The position numbers and the translations under genes were made by a program. From IMG/VR virus record IMGVR_UViG_3300032897_000002, positions 17,533 through 81,532 of that record: a DNA stretch of 64,000 nucleotides. One strand, written 5' to 3'. Source of the DNA: a virus. The stretch's first letter is position 1. Each line of letters starts with the position of its first letter. The notes beneath the pieces are model-generated. The model was given only the letters and a program-made list of their open reading frames with translations, was not told the origin of the DNA and made no database searches. Shown here piece by piece: positions 51,336 to 61,500 of the stretch.

Positions 51336-51902
51336 TTATGGTTTCAGTCTCAGGACTTGGCCTGTCTTGCCACTCACCACAAATCCGTAGCGGTCCACGA
51401 AATCGGTCAAGTCGCGCTCTAGGGCAACATCATCAGCGCAGTAGTTGACGAGTTTGGCCCATTGTCCGGCCTGATACCACTTGGGCGCATCGCCGCCGTA
51501 GCCAATCTTGCCGACTCCGAACGTGCCTTCAGCCACGACGTTCAGGCTCCAACCTGCATGGAGCTTGGAAAATTCCTCATCATTGAGATTGAGGGACCGC
51601 CAGATGCGCTGAAGGATGTCGTTGGTCTTGGGCTTCAATTCCAGAACGCGGGAACGGCCCGGAATCGCCCAGATCACAGGGAAGTCAAAACGGTAAATAT
51701 TGAACCCGCTGATGCGGTCGGCTTTGAGAAGGCGCTCTTGGAGGGAGGGCACATCATCGGGGCCGTAGACGCGCATCCGTTCGCCCTTGTATTCCCAGAC
51801 ACATGCACAGGCCACGCCAAGTTTATCCGTGGCATCCCAGCCGCCGGGGGTTTCCTCGATGGTTTTCTGGATTTCAACATCTACTACAACGTGGTCGATC
51901 AT
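51336..51902 (-). CDS. DEDD/RNase H-like 3'-5' exonuclease
   Basis: VVVDVE, GFNI..FD, YCADDV. Confidence 0.85.
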   Translation of the reverse strand: MIDHVVVDVEIQKTIEETPGGWDATDKLGVACACVWEYKGERMRVYGPDDVPSLQERLLKADRISGFNIYRFDFPVIWAIPGRSRVLELKPKTNDILQRIWRSLNLNDEEFSKLHAGWSLNVVAEGTFGVGKIGYGGDAPKWYQAGQWAKLVNYCADDVALERDLTDFVDRYGFVVSGKTGQVLRLKP

Positions 51903-52250
51903 TGTCATCTCCTGGTGGGCTCGGTTGCGTGACCGGAATTCCACCGGCTCGGCTCATAGCAGTTACGATTCGCTTTGGGGTCCATCTCACCCAACCGGAC
52001 AGCGTAGAGGTTGGCCACGGACTCGCACCGTGGAGCTTGTTAAGCGACCGAGCCGTCAATCCTGACCGCGCTCTTTTTTCTGGGTCGCTACTCCCAATTA
52101 CCCCCAGTTGCCACCTCTGGAGGTCGCCGTTCCGCCCCTTCCATCTCTGCTCCTGTGTCAGTGTCCACAGCGCACGCAACCATTGCCCATAAAACTGATG
52201 CCGCCAGCCTCTAACGCCTAGAGGAAATCCCGATCCGTGGCGGCACAACT

Positions 52251-53441
52251 CTACAACCCTAACTCGCCCTGCCCCTCGTTGTCGGGAGGCGTCGTAGGGG
52301 GCAAGATCGTTGCATACTTCTTTTCAAGTTCGTCGCAGGCTTTGGAAATCAGCCTCAAGGTCTTAGCTGCTTTCCAGGTCTTGATCTGCTCGTAAGTGTA
52401 CGCCGTGCCTTCGATGGTGAAAAATTGTTTACAGACCGCATCCGGGGTCAGGCTCTTGTCGGCCTGCTGAAGCTGTATGAGGATACCGCCCAGGCGAATG
52501 ATCTCGGGTGGGAACGTGGCGGCGGCAACTTCGGATGCCTTGGTGAAGCCGGACTTCTCTTCCGTGGTGCCGTTGGTGGCTGGCTTCCGTGCCGCGAGTT
52601 GTTCAAGCCAGTCGGACTCATTGAGAGTTTCTTTGCAGTCCTTGCTTCGAAAGTTCGGGCATCCGTAGAATGAGCCCTTGTTGCCCTTCCGAAGAACCAT
52701 GTCGATGTGGCACTTTGGGCATTTCGGCGGCTGCACTTTGTCGGGAGCCATCTCGCCTTGGAAACTCCGCTCGCCCTTCTTACCAAATCCACGGCCTTCA
52801 CGGAATCGAGCACGAACCTTGGTCGGGTCGGTTTTCTGGTAGATTTCCATGATCTCTTCAAGCGGAACGCTTTCCAAGCCGGCCAGTTCCCGCGTTATTG
52901 AGCCGTCCAGATTCGATCTCGCGGCCTTTCTCACGGCAAGGTCAAGGGCAGTTCCCGTCAAAGGGGGATTTTGCTTCGTGATAAAATCATCTGTCGATGA
53001 TCTGGCACCTTCAATGCTCTCGACTTGACCAAGACTCCGGGCGCAAAATCCGCTGCCCGAAATGATGTAGGTAAATGAGCCATCGGTCTGGGTCATCTTC
53101 TCCGGTTTTGAAACATTGTAGATGCTGATGCCGTACAGCGGACGGACACGAGCGCACCCGCAATCCTGAAGGTAACAAGTAATGCGCCCTTCGGGGTCAC
53201 GAAAAAGCAGCCAATCCTCGGGTGCTGTAAGGGACAGGGCCGCCCTTCGCAAGTTGTTCCACAAATCAATGGCGGCCTGCAAGGTCTGCACGCCCACGCC
53301 CAATTGCTTGGAAAGCTCGGCAAGGGATAACATATTTTTCCCCTGCCATGTCGGAGCGGACGTAGTAGTCGGTGCCTTCACAGACTCTTCGGTGTTTTGA
53401 GTGCCGCCGTTCTCTTCAATGCCTTCGTAATCGCCGTTCAT
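52251..53441 (-). CDS. Probable recombination/annealing protein with topoisomerase-type C4 zinc ribbon
   Basis: CPKCHIDMVLRKGNKGSFYGCPNF..KDC. Its role is inferred from position next to the exonucleases. Confidence 0.55.
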   Translation of the reverse strand: MNGDYEGIEENGGTQNTEESVKAPTTTSAPTWQGKNMLSLAELSKQLGVGVQTLQAAIDLWNNLRRAALSLTAPEDWLLFRDPEGRITCYLQDCGCARVRPLYGISIYNVSKPEKMTQTDGSFTYIISGSGFCARSLGQVESIEGARSSTDDFITKQNPPLTGTALDLAVRKAARSNLDGSITRELAGLESVPLEEIMEIYQKTDPTKVRARFREGRGFGKKGERSFQGEMAPDKVQPPKCPKCHIDMVLRKGNKGSFYGCPNFRSKDCKETLNESDWLEQLAARKPATNGTTEEKSGFTKASEVAAATFPPEIIRLGGILIQLQQADKSLTPDAVCKQFFTIEGTAYTYEQIKTWKAAKTLRLISKACDELEKKYATILPPTTPPDNEGQGELGL

Positions 53442-53563
53442 GATTTTTCCTTTCTCTTGCTGTCTGGGCTCCAGTCGTACCGCTTACAGCGCGGACAGCT
53501 TTTAGGGGTTTTCACCCTCGAAACCCAAGCGTAACCGCATTGCTGGCATACATGGCTTTTCAT
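53438..53563 (-). CDS. 41-aa zinc-ribbon protein
   Basis: Below the ORF-track cutoff: MKSHVCQQCGYAWVSRVKTPKSCPRCKRYDW. SD GAGGA, and ATGA coupling to the next gene. Confidence 0.8.
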   Translation of the reverse strand: MKSHVCQQCGYAWVSRVKTPKSCPRCKRYDWSPDSKRKEKS

Positions 53564-54111
53564 AACGTCCTCATCGTAATATTATTAAAATCGCTTGTCA
53601 AGAACTTTTTTCAGGGGAAATCGCCCACACGACCATGCTGCGCCCGCCCCGGTTCTTCCGCCTCTTCCCGGTGTCCACCAGCTTTCCGGCCTGGGCAAGT
53701 TCCGACCGTCTCTTTCGCAGGGTGCTGAATCCGGGGTGGGAGTCGCCAAGGGCATCCTCCAAGTCTTCATCCGTGCTCGGGCCGTGCGCGAAAAAGAATT
53801 CCAGCACGTCCTGTTGAAGCGCCGTCAGCTTCTCGCCTCTCATCGCAAGTCCCGCCTCACGCGAAGTCTCCGGCCCCTTCTTCCGGTAAGCCCCGTGAGC
53901 TTCGGGAGTGGAATCGAAGAGTGTAGGCTGGTCGGTCATGATTTCTTCTTTTTCTTCAGTTCCGCGTCGAGAGCCGCTTTGATCCGGTTCGCCACGGCTG
54001 ACTCACACCATCCGAGTTGAGCAGCATCATCCATCGACAAGTGCGAGTAGTGCTTGCTGGGGCCGGTAAAGAGGTCCTTGGCGATCTTCTGTGCAACCTT
54101 TTTTGTGTCCA

Positions 54112-54327
54112 TCAGTCCACCCTTTCGACACCAACCGCTCTCAATCCCTTCGGCCCGTCCTTGACCTCAAATTCCACATGTTGCCCCTCCGCGAGCTTCT
54201 TCTTGCCCGTTCCCGCGATGGCGCTGAAGTGGACAAATACTGATTGCCGCGTGCCGTCCACCGAGATGAAGCCATACCCTTTCTCATCGAACCAGCGGCT
54301 TACCGTACCTGTGACTCGTTCCGACAT
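54112..54327 (-). CDS. Cold-shock domain protein
   Basis: [15 protein letters not shown] (RNP1), VFVHFSAI (RNP2), GPKG..A. Confidence 0.95.
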   Translation of the reverse strand: MSERVTGTVSRWFDEKGYGFISVDGTRQSVFVHFSAIAGTGKKKLAEGQHVEFEVKDGPKGLRAVGVERVD

Positions 54328-54339
54328 GGAACCTCCTGA

Positions 54340-54972
54340 TTAGATGCGACGAAATGAAATGGCCCAAACCCAAAAATTCCCTGACCACGGGAACTTCTTG
54401 CCGTTGATGTCGTCCCAAAGATCAGCGAATGTCATGCGATAGGAATAGGCCACGGTATCTGGGTTGGCGGGATCGTAGAGCAGCTTGCGCTCAACGCCCT
54501 CCGCCTTCGCATCCTCTTCGCTGATGTCCTGAAGCCGTTGGACTCTGACTTCTGTAATCTCCAGCGTCAGGCGGCTGGCCCAGCGGGGCATGTGGATGGA
54601 GGGACGCCATCTTCCACGGTCGTTAAATTCAAAATTAAATCCTCCTCCGGCGCGATAGGCAACATTGTGAACATGGCGGGAAAGGCTTCCATGATAACTA
54701 TCGTAAGCCGTGCTCACCGCCCAAGTTTCGCGAACGTAAAGATGGTCGCCTGGAACCCCGAAGGGGCATTTCACGAGTTCCGACATTCCGTCTGCCATAA
54801 AAAATCTGACTCCATCCTTCTGCGGAGTCGCCTCGACCAATCCTCGCTTGAGGAAATCTGGATGCGGCTGCCGATTCATCACTCTTCGCGTCTGTGTTTT
54901 CCGGCCTTCCATGATGGCGCGGACTCCCCAACCCTGAAAGATGATGGGGCGTGCTTTATGTTCTTTCTCCAT
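54340..54972 (-). CDS. ASCH-like phage protein
   Basis: RPIIF...RAIMEGRKTQTRR, LYVRETW, WRPSIHMPRWASRLTLEI. Confidence 0.85.
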   Translation of the reverse strand: MEKEHKARPIIFQGWGVRAIMEGRKTQTRRVMNRQPHPDFLKRGLVEATPQKDGVRFFMADGMSELVKCPFGVPGDHLYVRETWAVSTAYDSYHGSLSRHVHNVAYRAGGGFNFEFNDRGRWRPSIHMPRWASRLTLEITEVRVQRLQDISEEDAKAEGVERKLLYDPANPDTVAYSYRMTFADLWDDINGKKFPWSGNFWVWAISFRRI

Positions 54973-55016
54973 GATTGGGGAGTATCAGCCAGTTCGATAG
55001 GTTTGTCAAGGGGAAA

Positions 55017-55394
55017 TTACATATTCTTCCGAAGCCATTCTTCGAGTTCGGCAGCAGACCTTATTAAGAGGTAGGTGTGGCCCTCGTCCTCGACCATCTG
55101 CTGAAATTGCTTTTGCTCGGCGGATTGCTCGCCCGTAGGCGATTTCAACTCAAGCCAAACTATTTCGGGTTCTTGCCATGTTGCGTTGCTACGATCTGCT
55201 GAATAGGTTCTCTGCGGAAAGCAAAGGATGTCAGCCGTGCCGCTCGGATTCCCCATGACGCGGTGCCGTGACTTGCCGTGAACAACAATCTGATCCCCTG
55301 CGTTCATCCTGAAGCACAGCACTCCCCGCGCTTTGAGGAGTTCCACTACGGCCCGCTTTACGTCGGCTTCGCTGCGCTTAAATCTTTCCGCCAT
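55017..55394 (-). CDS. VRR-NUC nuclease (resolvase-like)
   Basis: SEAD, GTADI, WLELKS..G.QS.EQ. Confidence 0.85.
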   Translation of the reverse strand: MAERFKRSEADVKRAVVELLKARGVLCFRMNAGDQIVVHGKSRHRVMGNPSGTADILCFPQRTYSADRSNATWQEPEIVWLELKSPTGEQSAEQKQFQQMVEDEGHTYLLIRSAAELEEWLRKNM

Positions 55395-55837
55395 ACCAAT
55401 CTCCTATTCGCGTGCTCGCGTCGGTGACATTCTTTGCAGGCTGCCAGGCTGTTTTCAACGCTGATTTCGCCTCTCTTGAATCCGGTCATGCCCCGTGGCT
55501 GGCGCTCGTGCATTTCGCCCGACTCCCAAGTGATGGCGGCATTACAGCGTTTTCTGTCCTTGGGCACTTCGCAATGCCCGGCGGCTCGGTCAAAGACCTG
55601 TCGGCGGATACTCTCGACCGCGCCAGCACGGGGAGCCCAGGCCCATGGCAGACCGCTTTGAACGGCTGCCTTCTCCGACAGGAAGATTCTCTTGATGATG
55701 CAGGTTTCGCCAAGGTGGACATGCCTGTCAATTTCGACCGGCACAAACTCCTTGTGCCGTCGCATCGGCTTGCGGCTGCGCTTGAAACTCGTCCGCTTCA
55801 TTGGCTTGCGTGACCGGCGCATCGGGGAGCGCTTCAT
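55358..55837 (-). CDS. HNH-like nuclease
   Basis: R..VFDRA.G.CE...MHE...ENSLAACKECH. Confidence 0.65.
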   Translation of the reverse strand: MKRSPMRRSRKPMKRTSFKRSRKPMRRHKEFVPVEIDRHVHLGETCIIKRIFLSEKAAVQSGLPWAWAPRAGAVESIRRQVFDRAAGHCEVPKDRKRCNAAITWESGEMHERQPRGMTGFKRGEISVENSLAACKECHRREHANRRLVWRKDLSAAKPT

Positions 55838-56962
55838 TTCGGTGGGTCTTCCATTCCCACGACCGTCAGCACCGTGTCTTTGTGGACGTAGGTACAGGTT
55901 TCGTCAGGATGGCAGAACTGGAGAAAGTCCGTGTCGGTGTCATCGGTTCCGTGCCAGCACGTTATTTCGAGCGTCAGCTTGTCTCCGAATCCGGGCCTGA
56001 AGGTGATCTGTATCATCGACGGCTTCAGGTCCGTCTCCGGTTCGAGGTTATTTTTGATGTCCTGAATTACATCTTTAACTTCTTGGACGGCCGCCGCCAC
56101 TGCCGATTCTTCCTTTTACTCCAAGGCCAATTCATTGTAAGCCTCCTTGTGGGGATAGATTCATGCAGGCATCTTTGCACTATTCGATGGGTTAGTCAAG
56201 CCCAATAAAGGGGGAAGGCATGGCTCTGTTCAGGGCTGTTGGTTTGATTGGCGGGAATGCGTGCGGATTATGAGGTAACGTGCGGACCTTCCCCCCTAAT
56301 TGTCGTCTGGCAACATCAAAGGTGTCCCATTAGGAATGGGAGGATAGGCCGCTCGGTGTGCGAACGGTCTACCATTGATCTCGTTCGGGTGCTCGCGCAT
56401 GGCCTTGTCCCAGGCGGCGTCGAGGTCCATATACTTCAGCAGCGGCTCGACGTAGCGACGCTTGAAGCTCTCGACGCGCTCAATCTGTTGGGTTGGGTCC
56501 GGTTCCACCATCTTTTACCACCTCAACAATCGGAAACGGTTTGAAATCGGAACAACCACAGGTAGACCATGAGATGGCCTCATCCCTGCTTATTTCCGTG
56601 CCCACTGTCAGGATTTGGCCTTTGGCGAACGTCCTTCTTCCCGGCTTGCTGCCGAGATGAACGTCGATGGTATCGATGCCGTATAGAACTTTGACCTTCA
56701 TGGCTTTCCCTTCGCAGGATGCCCGAGCACCGCCTTGTGTGGTCATGGCTTCGGGCTTCCCTTCCATCAGGTCTACCAGCAAAAAACTTGCCGCAATAAT
56801 TCCTGCGACAACGATGAAGAAAAATGTTGCAGCTTCATAACTCATTTCTTGTTCACCAGTCGCTTGACCCAGTAGTACGGGGCCGTAGCCAGCGCCACGA
56901 CCCCGATTAAGAGTTTTCCGAAGATGCCCGAGCTTGAGGGTTGCTGGTCAGACATTAGAGCC

Positions 56963-57595
56963 TCACACCCGGAACGGACCGAGGTGCGCGTGCGTTTCGT
57001 GTTCGCAGTGATCATTGATCTTCTTGATCGTGTCCGCGTCCAATCCCGAATTGGCAATGGCTGCTTCAAAGGTGGTCTTGGTCTTGACCGCTTGGAGCTT
57101 CATGCCAACATCAAGGGCCTTAGCTGGTTCCGCATTGTGGGCAGTAAATTGAGCCTTGGCTGCGGCGGCTTGTGGCAGCACGTTCTTAGCGAGATACGAC
57201 AGCACGTCGCCTGACGCTGCGAGTACGGCCGCGATGACCGCCTTCACAACCGGGTTGCCGATATTCGCCGCTGTCTCGACATCGGGCAACGCGGCCTGGA
57301 TGTCCGCGATAACGCCTTGCACCGCTGTCAGCGTTCCATTCGTGGCGTTGGTCGTGTAGTCCTGCACGGCAGTCTTGAGATCATTCCAGAGGCTCTGAAC
57401 CTTTGACACCGCTCCCGTAATCGCTGACACCTGCGCTGGCGACAAGACGCTACCAAGCGCGGCCAGGGCGATTCCCACCGCACCGAGCGCCACGTTCCCT
57501 ATCGTCCAGAGCGACATAAAGCCGGCGCACGCGGTCATGGAGAGAGCAAAGCAGCAAATCGAAAGTAACAGCAAAATCTGAGGCTTAAATTTCAT
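56963..57595 (-). CDS. Predicted lipoprotein
   Basis: Signal peptide ending MTA-C; own promoter TTGACA-17-TAGGCT near 57700. Confidence 0.6.
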   Translation of the reverse strand: MKFKPQILLLLSICCFALSMTACAGFMSLWTIGNVALGAVGIALAALGSVLSPAQVSAITGAVSKVQSLWNDLKTAVQDYTTNATNGTLTAVQGVIADIQAALPDVETAANIGNPVVKAVIAAVLAASGDVLSYLAKNVLPQAAAAKAQFTAHNAEPAKALDVGMKLQAVKTKTTFEAAIANSGLDADTIKKINDHCEHETHAHLGPFRV

Positions 57596-57702
57596 CGAGG
57601 TCTCCTTTAATTGAGGGGCGCTCAGGGAAGCGCCCCGCTCATCTTGTCGAGGAAAGTACACTTCAAGCATTTGGCAAAGCCTAACGCCCCAAGATGCGGG
57701 TG

Positions 57703-58044
57703 TCAAGGAGTTTTTGCCGGAGGCGCGGCGGGCGCGTAGGCTGTTTTAAAAATCAACTTCTGCGACCAGTAATAACCAATCCAATGGTAAAGGAAGCTGA
57801 CCACGTTGGCCACGGTCACACCGGCCCAGGTGATCGTGAGAGAGCCCTGCTGCACACTCCCCGTATGGCTCGCCCCGAACACGACGCCGGCCGCCGCGAA
57901 TGCCGCGATGACAGCCGATACGGCTTTGTTGATTTTCCCGGTCTCCGCTGTAATGAATGGCAGATATTTCGAACTCTTGGCCGCTTGGATAATCCACACC
58001 GCAACGGCATTCAGTACCAGTAAATTCATTCCCTCATTTCCCAT
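57703..58044 (-). CDS. Holin-like membrane protein
   Basis: 113 aa with three hydrophobic segments, downstream of structural-type genes. Confidence 0.5.
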   Translation of the reverse strand: MGNEGMNLLVLNAVAVWIIQAAKSSKYLPFITAETGKINKAVSAVIAAFAAAGVVFGASHTGSVQQGSLTITWAGVTVANVVSFLYHWIGYYWSQKLIFKTAYAPAAPPAKTP

Positions 58045-58055
58045 GGGCTCTCCTT

Positions 58056-58550
58056 TCAGTCACTTTCGATTTGAGCGTGAGCCTTGGAGTAGATCGCGCT
58101 CTGATTTTGAAGAATTACGTCACACTTTCTGTCGATGGTTTCGAGCAGCTTGTTCTGTATGAGCATGTAGGGCTCCAGCGCTTCCTTGTGCCCCTGGATG
58201 ATGGCGGACTTCATTTCCGCAATCAGCACCCGAAACTCCGCCGTGGCCGGACACATCGGCGCGGGAACCTGCATAATCGTCTGCTTGCCGTTGCCGTTCT
58301 TCGGAGGGCCAATCCAGCCCATTAGTTTGAGTACCACTGCTCCCATGGTCATAACCGCCACCGCCAACAAAGTTATCACCCCAAGCGAATCCGTTGGGGT
58401 GGTCATGCCACCCTGCTGCGCCCGCCCCTGCAATGGCCATAGCAGCCACGCCGCCACGACCGTTAGCGAGGGTAGCCGGGGTTCGATGTCGAGTCTCCAA
58501 ATTACCCATCCCACATCCACAACCGCATCCACTGCCGCCAGTATGAGCAT
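58056..58550 (-). CDS. Membrane protein, possibly lysis-related
   Basis: TM segments, a KNGNG linker and a helical C-terminus. Confidence 0.45.
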   Translation of the reverse strand: MLILAAVDAVVDVGWVIWRLDIEPRLPSLTVVAAWLLWPLQGRAQQGGMTTPTDSLGVITLLAVAVMTMGAVVLKLMGWIGPPKNGNGKQTIMQVPAPMCPATAEFRVLIAEMKSAIIQGHKEALEPYMLIQNKLLETIDRKCDVILQNQSAIYSKAHAQIESD

Positions 58551-58564
58551 AGGGCTCCTGCCCG

Positions 58565-61500
58565 TCACTTCCGATTTTCCGCTGTGGTCATCGTCGGCGC
58601 ACCCGGCCCGCCGATTTGGTAAATGTGAACTTCTTGGTCCTGCCAATTCGAGGACGTGTCCGTGAACGTGTGGCCCGACATGGTGATGGTCCGGCTTTCC
58701 CCGACCACGTTGACCGTGCTCCCTGACGGAATCACGTTCGTCAGCGTGAACGTGGGAGCGTAGGCCGTCCCTCCCGTGCCGTTGGAGTTTATCGACCCGC
58801 ATAGATTCGTCGCGAAGATGTAATACGAACCTCCGATGGCTTTCGTCACGAATCGCACCGGCCCGAACGGGAACAAGGTCGAGTCGGTATAGTTGCCAGC
58901 ACGGGCGGTAATCCCGCACGCGGCTGCGGGGGTCTGGCTGGTGGTGACGTTCGAGACTATCGTGCCCACCCCTGGCGGGTAGTAGCCTGCCATGCCGGTA
59001 GGCGCGGAGCTATCGAGAGTGGGGCTTTCGAGCACGTACTGCCACGAATTGATTTCCTGGCCCAACTGCACGGCGTCGAGATAGGCTTGGGTGTTGGCGT
59101 ACTGGTAATAGAAAATATCCATCGCGTCGCCATTGCCCCAATTCCACATCATGCTCCCGCACCCCAAATTGCCTGTCTCCTCGCAGCCGATGAGTTGCTT
59201 CCAAGCCGCCCGTCGCAATTCGGCATACGGGAAGCCGCGCTCCAGCGAGACCTTCTGGAATTGTTGGATGACACCGAGGTAGCTCTTGGCCCCGTAAGTG
59301 TCCCGGCCCAACACCCACGCCCCCACGTCGCTATTCTGCGGCGCCATCACACCGCCCGAAGTCCCGCTGGTCAAGCCCGTGGAATTGTTGGTGCCGTTGT
59401 AGATGGTCGCATTGCGGCTCTGGTCGCCCGCCCATACCAAGTCTGCTAACGAAGCCGACCCGCAGCAGTAGGGGTCATTACCGACGAGATCAAGCACGTT
59501 CCTCCAGATTCGGTAGGCGGTGTTGTCCACCAACACTCCCCACGAGAACATATCGTAGGAGCCGTTTTGCTGCATACCCGCTGGGCTCATCATCTGCCGC
59601 CAGACGTTTGCGGTGGACTGGGGGTGAGGCTCATCGGCGACGTAGTAGCCCTGTGCACCGGCTTTCTGGCTGCCGTCCATGACGGCCGTGTAGAGTTGCC
59701 AGAAGGAAGGGTCGGTTACCGTAGGCGAGCCGCTCTCCCAACTCGGCCGGCTGAGCAGCGTGGTATCGATGGGAGCAATCTGCTGCACCGACATCGCGGC
59801 CCCAGTCGGCACCACGTAAGTCGAGCCACCCAGCACTGGCGAGCCCACGGGAGTCTGAAGGAAGTAATTCCACGGGTTATTGGGACTGGCCGACGATGCC
59901 TGCGAGATGTAGAAGCCTGTCTGTCCAGTTCCGAGTGCGGGAAGCGTAAGCGTGGAGCCCGCCACCGCCGCGAAGCCCGGTGACGGCAGGCTCACGAGCC
60001 CTGGCGACACCGCTTGGATGATGACGTTCACCGTGGCCGTTCCGGTGCAACTTGAGGTGCAAGTGACAGCGGCAGGGGTGTTTGCGACGGTGTTCGAGGT
60101 GGGCAGAATCGGGCCATAGGCGAAGTTGAGTGACCCCTGGTTGCCGCCGCTGGTGCCGTCGCCAATCAACGTAACGCTCGTCTGGCCGCATGAGACAAAC
60201 GGAGTATTCTCGGCCCCAGAGTAGCTGTAGAAGGCATCGCCGGAAGGTGCCGTGGAATTGCTGGTGCTTGCAGCGACGTGAATTCCCCAGCCGATTTGCC
60301 GACCCTGGCAACTTGGCAAGGCCACTGTCACGTAGTTATTCGTCGCATTCGCAAACGCGCTTGACGACACCACCGCCGCGCTCGTCATGCCGCGCTGGAG
60401 CGTGTTTCCGGCCTGCCCGAGAGACGACCAGTATTTAGGTACGATTTCGACCCACGCATAATGGGTGCCGTCGTCCTTGATGTCGCCCGATCCACCTTGA
60501 CCTATCGTGACGGAGCTTGGTGAGGTCGGAATCGTGTTGGCCGAATCCTGGCCCGCTTCGTCCCACCCTGTACCGTACAGGGTGTTGGAGATTTGGAAGT
60601 GGCTGAAGCCATAGACCTGCGCGACGGTGAGCCACGGGCTTAGCTGATCGCTTCCCGGCGTCACGTTGACGGCGGGGAATAGGTTGAATGGCGACATGAG
60701 CGAATTGAAGTTGTTGATCTGGTAGTCGAGGACCGCTTGGCTTCCATTCGTCGTAATCAACATGCCGCTGTGCGTGGCGTTGCTGGTACTGAGGGGCGGT
60801 GTCGAGCCCATGCCTGCAATCAGATTTTCGTAACTCGTTGTCGCACCGAATCCCGAGTAGAGCCCCGGACTTGTTCCGGTCCTATTTTTCGCGGTCCAAC
60901 TGTCGTAGGCCCCCCAGTCGATTTGGCGCTGGGATCGGTGGACAATGGCTCCATCCGAATCAGAGTAGTTGGTGAGCGTGGCCCGAAACGCAGGAGACAC
61001 ATAGTAGAACCGGTAGTCCGGTATCGTGTACGTCACTGAGTTCACAGTTGCAGCCGTGCAGACGTAATAGGCCGTGGCAGGGGGATTCTCTGCGGCGTTC
61101 CCCAGGCCCGCAATCCATGTGGCCGCATCGAAGTTCCAATGCACCACTCCCAGGTTCCATGCCCCAAAGGTTTGAGGCAGCGTGACCGTCTGGGTGGGTG
61201 GCGTAATCGAGATCGTCTGGCGATGCCCCGTGGCGTTGGCGCAACCCGCCGCTGTATCGACGTAGAGTGCTACCGAGTAGGTACTGAAGTTGGTATCGCC
61301 CGCATTGAAAGCGGAGTAGGGCATGGCCAATTCAATGTTCCCTGCGATTTTTCCAGCAGCCGGTGAAGGACCGTAATAGGTCTGTGAGGGAACCTTGTCG
61401 CTCCACAAGTAGCCGTGGAAATTGGGATAGGTAATGTCATTTTGAAGCGGGAAATCTGCCTCGACCACAGAGGGCTCTGCAATCCAAATCGTTCCCGCTG

